IMG/VR virus record: IMGVR_UViG_3300033076_000662
Span: 1-53,295 of that record
Reading direction: 5' to 3' (one strand)
Source: a virus
Taxonomy: Duplodnaviria > Caudoviricetes
Length of the DNA stretch: 53,295 nt
Shown here: positions 36,374 to 45,261 of the stretch, in pieces
Numbering within the stretch: the stretch's first letter is position 1
How the letters are laid out: every line of letters begins with the position of its first letter
Made by a program: the position numbers and the translations under genes
The notes under the pieces: generated by a model
What the model was told of the DNA's origin: nothing
Database searches by the model: none
What the model saw: the letters and a program-made list of their open reading frames with translations, nothing else

Positions 36374-36628
36374 TTAGAAAACGGCGGTAATCAGAGTGGC
36401 GGTGGTACCCGTAGACCACACACGACGAACGCGAACGGGGATGACTGTACCGGCGTTCACACCACTGAACGTGACCGCTGAACCCTGGGCAGTGGTAACT
36501 TTCACGTTACCCGCCCCGCCAACGTAGATTACCGAAAACTGGGGAAGGTCCACGGAGTCGCTCGGAGTAACGGCGGCTGCGTCCTCCGGGTACATCGGGT
36601 AGGTGGGAGTAGGAGATGTCTTAGCCAT
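36374..36628 (-). CDS. head spike base protein (RcGTA Rcc01079-like)
   Basis: A.AVTPSD..DL....IYVG.AG.V.V......VTF.....G...P.RV.RV..TGTTAT pattern. Confidence 0.8.
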   Translation of the reverse strand: MAKTSPTPTYPMYPEDAAAVTPSDSVDLPQFSVIYVGGAGNVKVTTAQGSAVTFSGVNAGTVIPVRVRRVWSTGTTATLITAVF

Positions 36629-36663
36629 TATGTAAAATTCCTTGAATGAGTGAATTTTAAGTG

Positions 36664-36690
36664 AAAAACCCCGGCTTGGGGCCGGGGTTT
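36664..36690 (-). terminator. rho-independent terminator after the major capsid gene
   Basis: Minus strand AAACCCCGGC-CCCAA-GCCGGGGTTTTT. Confidence 0.8.
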
Positions 36691-36705
36691 AGTGGCTTCC
36701 GACAA

Positions 36706-37620
36706 TCAGACGCCGGGGGTGGCGTACAGGGCGCGCGGATCGGTCCAGCCCACCGCGTAACGCTCGGTTGCTTTGTAGCGCATTGAATCTGTCTCGAAGT
36801 CGCCCTCCATGCTCTTGTCCAGACCGCGGCGCATCATGACCTTCAGACCTTCCGGCGCATCGGTCTGGATACCCCAGAAGGTGGTCGAGGTGATACGCGA
36901 CAGGTTGGCTTGACCGTCACCCAGCAGGCCCATGGACTTGACCGGGTTGATGTCGTTGTTGTTGCCGCCAGCGCGCAGCACCGACTTCAGCAGGACTTCG
37001 GCCTGGAAGACGTTGCTCGAACCGGTGACCAGCTGCTTCGGGGTCAGGCGGATACGCTTGCCGTTGTTGTCCACCGCGTTACGGATCTGGATGAGCAGCT
37101 GCTCAAGCGAGGTCTGCGACAGGGCGGCGGCGGTGGCCAGCTGGTTGCTGAACGTACCGTTGACGATCGGGTGGTCGGTGGCGATAAGAGACTTACCGTC
37201 GCCGCCTGCATATGCGCTGTTGAAGGCGCGGTTCAGAATGTTGGCGCACAGGGTCTCTTTGGTCTCGACCAGCGACTGCGCCAGGTGCTTGGCGTAAGTC
37301 TGACCGATACGGATGTGGTCGCCGTCTTCGACCAGCACTTTGGTCAGGGCGAAGGCCAGGCCGTACACCTTGTACAGGTAGCGCTGTTGGAACAGCACGC
37401 CGCCGGACTGGTAGGTCACGGGCATGCCGTCCGGCAGCTCGGGTGCTGCGCCCATACCATAGAGCACCGGCTCTTCGTGATACGTGCGGGCGATGCCCTT
37501 ACGCTCGTCGAAGACCTGCTTCCACTCGTCAGCGCGCTGGTTGTAAACACCGTCGAAGACCTCATTCAGGATGGGTTCAACAACGGCACGGAAATCAGTA
37601 CTACGCATCGGGTTAGCCAT
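36706..37620 (-). CDS. major capsid protein (HK97 fold, Mu gpT-like family)
   Basis: 304 aa with LNRAF...GGDG..L..T.HP and DF.T..MRYKA.ERY..GW.DPR motifs; strongly biased codon use; followed by a terminator. Confidence 0.85.
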   Translation of the reverse strand: MANPMRSTDFRAVVEPILNEVFDGVYNQRADEWKQVFDERKGIARTYHEEPVLYGMGAAPELPDGMPVTYQSGGVLFQQRYLYKVYGLAFALTKVLVEDGDHIRIGQTYAKHLAQSLVETKETLCANILNRAFNSAYAGGDGKSLIATDHPIVNGTFSNQLATAAALSQTSLEQLLIQIRNAVDNNGKRIRLTPKQLVTGSSNVFQAEVLLKSVLRAGGNNNDINPVKSMGLLGDGQANLSRITSTTFWGIQTDAPEGLKVMMRRGLDKSMEGDFETDSMRYKATERYAVGWTDPRALYATPGV

Positions 37621-37633
37621 GATTCATCACTCC

Positions 37634-38239
37634 TTAGATGCTGGCGGTCGGGTACTTGTAGGCGTGTTCGTTGATACGAACCGTGGCCACGACATAGGCG
37701 TCAGTCAGCGAGTCAGTGATCTGATTGGCGAAGCCCGTGATCTGGAACTGACCCGTGCCGGTGGTCTCAATCGCGCCGAGGTAGGCGGTAGAGCGACCGG
37801 TGGCGGTGGAGCCGTAGGGCGAGGCGCTCAGAGCGAAGTCACACTGCTCGCCGACCGAGGTCTGCACCGAATCGGTACCAGCGGTGCCGGGGTTGGCGTA
37901 TTGGACCTCGAACAGCGTTTCCGGGTCATCGTAGACCCAAGCGGTGATTTCGGTGGCCGAGGTGCTGGCGGGCCAGAACGGGCTGACGGTGGGCTTGCCG
38001 GTGGCGTCGCGGTACTCACAGCCGGCGAAGATGCCGAGTAGGGTGGTACCGGCGATGGTACCCGAACGGGTGCCGTCGGAGGTGGCGAGCTGGACAGTGC
38101 CAGCGTCAACCAGCTTCACGGGTTCGCCGCTGAACAGGTTGACAGCGTAACCGCTGGCGATGGTGTAGGCTTTCGGACGAACCAGACCGCTCGGGTGGTT
38201 CGCAGCACGGAAGCCAAAAGGTGCGCTAGTCGAAGACAT
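37634..38239 (-). CDS. capsid decoration / cement protein
   Basis: APFG.R...Y.IASGY...G.F.GC.Y...A.V.DDP...F.VQ pattern; immediately upstream of the major capsid gene. Confidence 0.65.
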   Translation of the reverse strand: MSSTSAPFGFRAANHPSGLVRPKAYTIASGYAVNLFSGEPVKLVDAGTVQLATSDGTRSGTIAGTTLLGIFAGCEYRDATGKPTVSPFWPASTSATEITAWVYDDPETLFEVQYANPGTAGTDSVQTSVGEQCDFALSASPYGSTATGRSTAYLGAIETTGTGQFQITGFANQITDSLTDAYVVATVRINEHAYKYPTASI

Positions 38240-38276
38240 GTGCAGGTTTCCTTAAATGGTTTCAAAGACGAGAGGA

Positions 38277-38807
38277 TCACTCCAGCTCGAACAGAGCGGA
38301 GCGTTTTTGCCCCAGTTCGGAAATGCCATCACCAATAGCCACGCTGGAGCCGGCGCGCCGAGCTTGCTGTTCGAGGAAGCCTGCGGTGTCGGAGAGTTTC
38401 TCCTCTTCGCGCTGCGGGGCATCATGGTGAGCCTCACGCATAAACTTCTCGTACAGCGAGATCGGCAGCTTGAATGCCAGCATCTCATTGACCCCAATGA
38501 ATCCAGTCCACTCGCCAGTTTTGATGGCGGCGTACTCCCAGCCAGGAACGTCTTCCGGCTTAATGGGTTCGTAGCCCAGACGCATGCGCGTTTGGATGGA
38601 GTCGCGGGGGTTAGTCGTGGTGAGCCAGCATGTGTGCCAGCCCGGCAATTTCGGCAGATCCGGCAGGGCGGATTGAAAGAACTGCTGACGGAACATTTCA
38701 ACCCGCTCATCTTCGGACAACATGCGATCTTGCGTCACCGCACGATCTTTCATCGCGCGACTGTCGCGGCTGTCACCAGCGGATTTCTTAAGGCGTTCGT
38801 CGGTCAT
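38277..38807 (-). CDS. head-module protein
   Basis: LP.LP..PGWH.CWL...R..LGYEP pattern; start trimmed to MTDERL. Confidence 0.6.
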   Translation of the reverse strand: MTDERLKKSAGDSRDSRAMKDRAVTQDRMLSEDERVEMFRQQFFQSALPDLPKLPGWHTCWLTTTNPRDSIQTRMRLGYEPIKPEDVPGWEYAAIKTGEWTGFIGVNEMLAFKLPISLYEKFMREAHHDAPQREEEKLSDTAGFLEQQARRAGSSVAIGDGISELGQKRSALFELE

Positions 38808-38872
38808 TAACTCGCTCCTTTCAGCGATTAAGCGTATTCTACTATTTAAATGTGTGATCGTCAAGTATATGT

Positions 38873-39832
38873 TCAGGCGCGATTTGCGCGGTCATACTCG
38901 GCATAGCGTTTGATATACTTGGTGCGAAGAACTGGGTCATCCCAAACACCGGCGTCGATAAGCGCCTGCTTGCGTTCGGGAGAGATGTAGACTTCACGCC
39001 TAGTACTGGTCGGGGCGTGCTCTTTGCCCGACCCCACGGCGGGGCCACCACGGGGTCGGCGCTCCTCGGATTGGGTTTCACCGGCAAACTTCCCGAACTT
39101 GTCCGGCAGGCGTCTAGCCGCGCGACGACGCAGCTCATCCCAGTAATCGGCGCTCTTCGGGTCGTAGCCATCGCGCACCAGGGTCTGGTCAATGGCCATT
39201 ACGATGGCCGAGTCCTCGTCACGGCCTTGGGGGTCGTACCATTTGTTCTCGTTCAGGAATTCCTGAGCGTGGGCCATGGTGAGGTCATCAATGCTAGTGT
39301 TCGGGCGTGGGGCCGCTTGCGCCGCTTGGACCTTGGTGTAGTTCAGCTGTTGGATCTTGGCCAACGCCTGATCACGATAGCGCATGGCTTGGGTGACGTC
39401 ATCACCATTGCCGGCCGCTACAGCTTTGGCGATGACCCGCTCAGCCATCTCCGCTTCTTGCGCCGCGCGCGCAATCTGAGCCTCCAGCCCGCTCAAATCC
39501 GCTTGGTGGGCGCGCTGCTCTTGAGCCGTCATGCGACGCTCAAGTTCCTCATTGCGCTTGCGCAGGAAATCAAGTTCCACCTTGTCACGTTTGATGGCGA
39601 TTTCTCGGCGCTCCTTGCGCTCCAGCTTTTCGCGACGGCGCCGCTCGCGGATCTCAGCACGCTCGTCGTCATCGGCACCGGCAGGGATATTATCCTCATG
39701 ATCATCGTGATCTTCCTCAGCAGCTGCCGCAGGCTTCTCGCCCGGCGCTTGTTCGGTGATCACATACTCGACCTCTTTGCCCGGTTTTTCGTCGCGGTCC
39801 AGATCGTCGTCTGCAGTCAAGATATCAGCCAT
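38873..39832 (-). CDS. capsid scaffolding protein
   Basis: Acidic N-terminus, long coiled coil and N.WY...Y..EL.RR; lies between portal and capsid genes. Confidence 0.65.
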   Translation of the reverse strand: MADILTADDDLDRDEKPGKEVEYVITEQAPGEKPAAAAEEDHDDHEDNIPAGADDDERAEIRERRRREKLERKERREIAIKRDKVELDFLRKRNEELERRMTAQEQRAHQADLSGLEAQIARAAQEAEMAERVIAKAVAAGNGDDVTQAMRYRDQALAKIQQLNYTKVQAAQAAPRPNTSIDDLTMAHAQEFLNENKWYDPQGRDEDSAIVMAIDQTLVRDGYDPKSADYWDELRRRAARRLPDKFGKFAGETQSEERRPRGGPAVGSGKEHAPTSTRREVYISPERKQALIDAGVWDDPVLRTKYIKRYAEYDRANRA

Positions 39833-39845
39833 GTGTCATCTCCCC

Positions 39846-40241
39846 TCAAAAGAATGCTTTGATCTTCAGCGGGTCGGTAGTGACCACGCCCAGCAGATCC
39901 AAATCGTTGATCAGAATAAAATGCCCGGTCTCGCCTGCATCGTTCGTTTCCTTCCAGCGGTCGCCACCATAACGGGGAACTCGAACGAAATCGCCAACAC
40001 GACACCAGTCACCCTCGGGCCAAGATTCTTGCGTATTTCGATTCTTGAACGCCAGCGGGCCAAGTGCCACGACACGGGCCACGGATGTGTTCCAGTATTG
40101 GGTGTCTTTGTCGTTCTCGGTCAGGATGATGCCGCCCTTAGATTTGGTCTCGGGAGTCCGTACCTGTACGAGCACGCGGGATCCCAACGGTTTTACACCG
40201 GATTCTACTTCGGGGAATGCTTCTTTGAGTGCGTCAGACAT
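39846..40241 (-). CDS. GroES-like co-chaperonin
   Basis: KPLG.RVLV....E.KSKGGIIL...VVALGP...VGD.V..P.YGG...INDLD. Confidence 0.8.
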   Translation of the reverse strand: MSDALKEAFPEVESGVKPLGSRVLVQVRTPETKSKGGIILTENDKDTQYWNTSVARVVALGPLAFKNRNTQESWPEGDWCRVGDFVRVPRYGGDRWKETNDAGETGHFILINDLDLLGVVTTDPLKIKAFF

Positions 40242-40332
40242 GATAGTTACTGCTCCTTTCAGCAGATAAGTGCTGCGACGTTGCGCCGCAGTCCGACATC
40301 GATTTTAACAGAAGGACGAAAATCTGTACAGT

Positions 40333-40530
40333 TTACAGATCCGCACCGTCCTTCTCATGCTGGTCCAGTATGCTGAACAGCGTATTTAGGGCGTGGTCAA
40401 GACCCGCCAGATAGCCGCAGCGGAATCCGAAGTCATATTCGGATTTGCCGCCGGGCTGTTTCAACGCCTGAACCGCGTACTCGGCCTGTTCGGCCTTGAT
40501 ACGGTTCAGAAGTGCGGTCTCGATGTTCAT
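40333..40530 (-). CDS. hypothetical protein
   Basis: 65 aa with a Y.FG..CG...GL..A pattern, between portal and the GroES-like gene. Confidence 0.6.
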   Translation of the reverse strand: MNIETALLNRIKAEQAEYAVQALKQPGGKSEYDFGFRCGYLAGLDHALNTLFSILDQHEKDGADL

Positions 40531-40697
40531 GCTGGGGTGCGACGGCCTTGAGCCGGGGTGCCGGCTGCGGCGCGGGTGCCGGGCAGAGTCTTGCCGTCCA
40601 CCGGAAGACCCATGGCCAAGCGCTTGTGCTGGTTCACGGCTGCGGTGTTCATGCTGTCGCTTGCGCGGGCGGTTTTTGCTGCGGGACGGGTTGCCAT
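40527..40697 (-). CDS. small basic protein
   Basis: Read by hand: MATRPAAKTARAS...QHKRLAMG...GRRTPA; AAGGAG RBS; its stop overlaps the next start. Confidence 0.55.
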   Translation of the reverse strand: MATRPAAKTARASDSMNTAAVNQHKRLAMGLPVDGKTLPGTRAAAGTPAQGRRTPA

Positions 40698-40718
40698 TTT
40701 ATTTACTCCTTCGGTTGA

Positions 40719-43196
40719 TTAACGGGTGCCCGGATTGATGCCGGTGCCAGTGCTGACAGCGATCTTTTCCCCCGACATGATCTCCGCTGCGGCCAGACGC
40801 ATGGCGGTGTCGTTGTCGGCAGTGTTCATGCGCTCGCGCACGATATTATCTTCGGCCGAGATTCGCGCTGCCGATTGCTGGCGGAGCATCTCGCGCTGGA
40901 GATCTGCGTTACGTGCCTCTTGCCTGTCGGCCAGCGTTGCTTGATCACGTTGCGCCTGCAGTTGCAGTTTCGCCTGTTCCACTTGCTGGCGCTGTTGGGC
41001 GAGCTGACCCTGCAGTTGTGCGTTAAGCTGGGCCACCTGCATAGTGTTGTCCGGCGGCATCGGCGGTTGCGGGCGAAACTGTTGTGCTGCTTGATCGATC
41101 TGCGCCAGCTGTTGTTCAAATCCGGCCAACTGCTGCTCGATAAGGGCCTGTACCTGCAGGATCATCTGAACCTGAGCGCCGGACTCGTTTTCGATGACAC
41201 CTTGGCGTTGCGCCTGGTCCACCGCTTCGTGAGCCTGCGACAGATAATAATTCAGCACGTGGTCGCGCAGGTGCGTGGCCATCGGGTACAGATATGTCTT
41301 GATGATCGCCGGGTTTTTACCAAACAGCGGCGACTGCAGGAATGCCAAGTGCGTTTGGATATGCGCCAGGTGGTCCTGTGCCGGCAGTACGTACACCGGA
41401 CGACCCATGGCTGCAGCCACATTCTCGCTAACTGGGTCTAGATCTTCACCGCCGGGCGCCGGCTGCAATACGTCGTTCGCTTGGATCTTGAGGTTCGCTA
41501 GGAACATCTCTTCGACCTTGCGGGCGTCGTACATCTGCGGGGCTACAGTCGCGCGCTGCATAACCGCTTGCACTTGGGCAAACCGTTGGGTCTCGCTGAA
41601 AATGGCCGGGTCGCTAACCGGGACGACGTCCATCGGGCCGTCGAAATCGGCCGGCTCGATATCTAGGTCACCCGCCAGGCGCTCGACATCGTCTTCGGTC
41701 AGATAGGCCGAGTTGATCCGGTGCAGGATCTTGAACACTCGGGACATGGAAGCATGCAACCGCGAGTGGATCGAGCTGAACACCACCATACCCTGCTCGA
41801 TCAGCGCCATCGTGGTGCCAACTGGCTGGTTCGGATTTTGGTCCGACAGCTTCTCGAACGATGTCTGAATCACGCCTCGACCGGCGTCAGTCAAGAACCC
41901 AAGCAGTTGGAACAAGGTGGGGGATGGGCCGCCGAACGGGAGTGGCATCGCGAGCTTGCGGATGTCGTCCACCATCGCCCCGCCTTCCATCTCCACCACT
42001 TCAGTTGGCTGGACGTTGATGGTCTGGCCGTTCGGCCCGCCTTTGAGCTTGAGCAGCGTTGGGATGTTCTGGATGTGGGCCGAGTCCAGCAGGGCACGCA
42101 GCGCGCCGGTGGCAGCACCGGACAGGCCGCCGATCATGTGAGTCAGGCCGATCGGGTAGGCACCGCGCCACGGGACAAACGGAAACTCGACAATCCAGTC
42201 GAGTTCTTTCCGCATCTCGTCCTCTTTGTCCCAGTTGCGGTACAGGGACAGCGCTTCATTTGACGACTTGTCGATGGAAATGATGTACGGCTCCGGTCCG
42301 TCACCAAAATCCAAGTGTGTGTAGATCTCGTACACGGTGCGCAGGCCGTCTTCGTTGTACGAGGTGTCCTCCCGGCCTTCGATCCGGTCGTTGGCACGGG
42401 AGGCGGCGCTGAACTCCGGTTCCATCGCGACCGTGATGTCCACGTCGCGGTACATGCCACACTTAATGCGGCGGGCGTACTCGGATTTCGTGATGTACTG
42501 GACGTGGGTCTTACGCTCAGCCGAATAGAAATTGGTGGCGGCGAACGGCAAGTAAATGTCGTCGATCGCGATGAATTCGGAGGTGGGCCGCTTCCACTGC
42601 GGATTCCACATCAATTTCAGGTACTGCGCGCCGCCCAGTGGCAGTTGGGTGCTGAGCTGCTCCAGCTCGCCCCGGAACTCCGGCATCTGCTCCGTGACCT
42701 GCCAGTTCATGAAATCCGCCTTACGACGGGCTTTCTCGATCTTGGACTTCTCGCGTTCCCCGACGATCTTGGCCTTGACCGGGCCATTCGGAGGGAATAC
42801 CTCTTTCATGACGCGAGCCGAGAAGTCCACGCAAGCTTCAACCAGCATCGGGTGGACGACACGGTTAGCGCCGGCGAATTGGGCGCCGCCCGGGGCATCG
42901 TCGCCAAGACCGGTGCGGCGTAGTCCTTCCTCGTACAGTTTGTCGCGCTTGGAACGGGCTTCCTTGTCCCGCTCGATTTTGTCCAGCAGGTCCACGACCG
43001 CTGCGGACAGCTCCGACTGGTCTACCTCGTCCACGATGTTGGCGAAGTGTTCTAGGTTCTGGGCCAGATCTTGCTCGTCGTCCAGACGGACGATGGCACC
43101 GCCGTCTTCGGTGTCTTCGACTTCTGATTCTCCGAAATCGACCGATTCGAATCCGCGTTCGTCCTTCTCTTCCATCTTGTCTTCGGCTTCTGCCAT
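40719..43196 (-). CDS. portal protein
   Basis: 825 aa with VHP.L.EACV.F, LPL.G...K, GA....LR.L.D.A and PVGTT.AL.E motifs and a Gln-rich C-terminal barrel. Confidence 0.85.
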   Translation of the reverse strand: MAEAEDKMEEKDERGFESVDFGESEVEDTEDGGAIVRLDDEQDLAQNLEHFANIVDEVDQSELSAAVVDLLDKIERDKEARSKRDKLYEEGLRRTGLGDDAPGGAQFAGANRVVHPMLVEACVDFSARVMKEVFPPNGPVKAKIVGEREKSKIEKARRKADFMNWQVTEQMPEFRGELEQLSTQLPLGGAQYLKLMWNPQWKRPTSEFIAIDDIYLPFAATNFYSAERKTHVQYITKSEYARRIKCGMYRDVDITVAMEPEFSAASRANDRIEGREDTSYNEDGLRTVYEIYTHLDFGDGPEPYIISIDKSSNEALSLYRNWDKEDEMRKELDWIVEFPFVPWRGAYPIGLTHMIGGLSGAATGALRALLDSAHIQNIPTLLKLKGGPNGQTINVQPTEVVEMEGGAMVDDIRKLAMPLPFGGPSPTLFQLLGFLTDAGRGVIQTSFEKLSDQNPNQPVGTTMALIEQGMVVFSSIHSRLHASMSRVFKILHRINSAYLTEDDVERLAGDLDIEPADFDGPMDVVPVSDPAIFSETQRFAQVQAVMQRATVAPQMYDARKVEEMFLANLKIQANDVLQPAPGGEDLDPVSENVAAAMGRPVYVLPAQDHLAHIQTHLAFLQSPLFGKNPAIIKTYLYPMATHLRDHVLNYYLSQAHEAVDQAQRQGVIENESGAQVQMILQVQALIEQQLAGFEQQLAQIDQAAQQFRPQPPMPPDNTMQVAQLNAQLQGQLAQQRQQVEQAKLQLQAQRDQATLADRQEARNADLQREMLRQQSAARISAEDNIVRERMNTADNDTAMRLAAAEIMSGEKIAVSTGTGINPGTR

Positions 43197-43206
43197 CAGG
43201 AACTCC

Positions 43207-45261
43207 TTATTGTCCGTGCATCAGTTCTGTGCGCAGCTGTTCAACCATGCTATCCACTAGATCCGGATTATAACTTACTGGTTCGGCATTTACAAGTCCG
43301 CCGGTTGCAAACCCCTCAGTGGGTCTATTTATCACGGCGCTTTCGATTGCTCTCGCGTCCGCGTAGGACAGGTAATTCGGGACATCGAATCCAAGGTCGC
43401 GGATGCCCCGCAGTTGTTCATTGCCAAAATAATCTTCGGCGCGAAACAGACCGGCGTTCTCAATGTCACCTACTTTATCCCACTTCCCGCTTTTCACAAA
43501 GTCTTGGACATATGGCAGATATTGCTCGCCCGGTGCCTTGTTCTGCTTGCCCTTAATCTGGACAATGGAAGGCTCGAACGGCCCGATTTCTGGAACGTAC
43601 CTGCCGAGCCTATCATCCAGTCTCCAGCGCAGATTAGGATCGAGGACACCGCGCGATTTTAGCGACTCGTACACATCTGGTGGCAGGTCCTTTTCGTGCA
43701 ATAGACCTGTGGGGTCTGCGCCCGGTGCTACTTCAACCGTCACATGCGGATTGCCTTTCGCATCGCGCAGTGAGTAGATCTTGGTCTTGCCGGATTCGAC
43801 CTTGGAGCAGTATCCGCCGACACAGTTATCCATCAGGCGGCCTTCATTCTTGAGCTGTTCCTCCAGCAGTCGGGTGGCGTCGTCCCCGGCATCAGTCGGT
43901 TTCGTGATCTCCACCCACCGCAGCCCGCGCGCACTCTCGGGGTATTCTTTGAATGTTTGAACGGCCGGCGACTGTGCCAGTTTTGCTGCTTTCGCCGCAT
44001 CCCGCGCTGCTTGTTGTTCGGCCTGCCATGCGTGGATGTCTGCTGCCCGCTGCGCCGCTTTCTCCATGGAATAGCCGGCCAAGTCTTCTGGTTTCAGTCG
44101 CAGATGCTCCGGCATCCTAGTGCGCGGATTCAGTGCGTACTCCAACGTGTTGACCAGCTCCGGAAGACCGGCACCGGCGGGGTCTTCACTCAACGAACCC
44201 AGAGTATATACTGGTTCATTGGGGTCGAGCTTCGACAGCCAAGGGTTGGATTCGGCATATCTTGGGAAACGCGATGCGAATTCCCCGGCAGGGGTGCTCT
44301 TTACCACCAAATCGGAGCCACGCTCCCACCCTTTGGCCGCCGGGCTCTGCGCCATGCCTTCAACCGGGAACCCAGCTTTTGCACGCGCTTTGCGCACGGG
44401 CCATGGGGTGTATGTCGGGTCGCCTAGTTGCCAGAAGTCTTCCAGCGGAACGTGCGCCTGCGATTTTTCCGACATCCGCAGCGCGTCCTCTGCCGCCTGC
44501 AATCCGGTCTCACCTTGATACTGTGCGCGGTCGATAGCGCCCTCCCAGATTCCGGGCGGCATGCCAGGGCGTGGGCCTTCAGCACGGATCTGCGCCGCGC
44601 GGGCCAACTGCTTATTGGCCTCATCTGCCGCCGTCTGGTAAGCCGACTGTGCAGCACCGGCCCGACGCTCGATCATCATTCGCACCGGGTCTTCCGGCGT
44701 TCCCATGTAAGTCTTGACATACTTGGTCAGCGGGCCTTCGATCCACTTGTTGATTGCAGCCTCCGGCCCCGCTTCGTCGACGCCAAGTGGGCGTTTCAAG
44801 GGGGATAGGTTCTCTTCGATCGACTGCCCGATCCAGTTCCCGCCCTTCGGCTTGACCACGTGAACCGGGACGTTGGATTGCAGGAATTCGCGCCCGGCTC
44901 GGCTCACGGCAGAAGGCAGGGCAGCCACGGCGCGCAGGGGCGAGCCGGGACCGTTGTAGAACCCGCCAGCGAGTTGCCCGCCCGTAGTCGCCACTCGGCC
45001 CACCGGTGTCTCGCTCACAGAGCGCAGAGGTAGACGACGCTCCACATCTTCCGATGTCGGCAGCACGGTGCGCTCGGACAGGCCGGGTAGCATACGGACC
45101 AACGATTCAATATCGCCCGGCGCACCTAGGACCCCGGACAGGAAGCCCCGCAGGGCGGCCAGCGGCGCATCAGCCGAAGCTCGACGGTCCTGCTGGGACT
45201 CGGGACGCCTGCCGGCGCTACGGTACCCGATGTACGGGTGGTTCAGATCTTCATCGGCCAC
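43207..45261 (-). CDS. polyvalent-type protein with a PcfJ-like domain
   Basis: L..EG..M.NCVGGYC....G...IYSLRD..G.PHVT.EV...I.QIKGK.N; C-terminal FATGGLV. Confidence 0.7.
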   Translation of the reverse strand: MADEDLNHPYIGYRSAGRRPESQQDRRASADAPLAALRGFLSGVLGAPGDIESLVRMLPGLSERTVLPTSEDVERRLPLRSVSETPVGRVATTGGQLAGGFYNGPGSPLRAVAALPSAVSRAGREFLQSNVPVHVVKPKGGNWIGQSIEENLSPLKRPLGVDEAGPEAAINKWIEGPLTKYVKTYMGTPEDPVRMMIERRAGAAQSAYQTAADEANKQLARAAQIRAEGPRPGMPPGIWEGAIDRAQYQGETGLQAAEDALRMSEKSQAHVPLEDFWQLGDPTYTPWPVRKARAKAGFPVEGMAQSPAAKGWERGSDLVVKSTPAGEFASRFPRYAESNPWLSKLDPNEPVYTLGSLSEDPAGAGLPELVNTLEYALNPRTRMPEHLRLKPEDLAGYSMEKAAQRAADIHAWQAEQQAARDAAKAAKLAQSPAVQTFKEYPESARGLRWVEITKPTDAGDDATRLLEEQLKNEGRLMDNCVGGYCSKVESGKTKIYSLRDAKGNPHVTVEVAPGADPTGLLHEKDLPPDVYESLKSRGVLDPNLRWRLDDRLGRYVPEIGPFEPSIVQIKGKQNKAPGEQYLPYVQDFVKSGKWDKVGDIENAGLFRAEDYFGNEQLRGIRDLGFDVPNYLSYADARAIESAVINRPTEGFATGGLVNAEPVSYNPDLVDSMVEQLRTELMHGQ

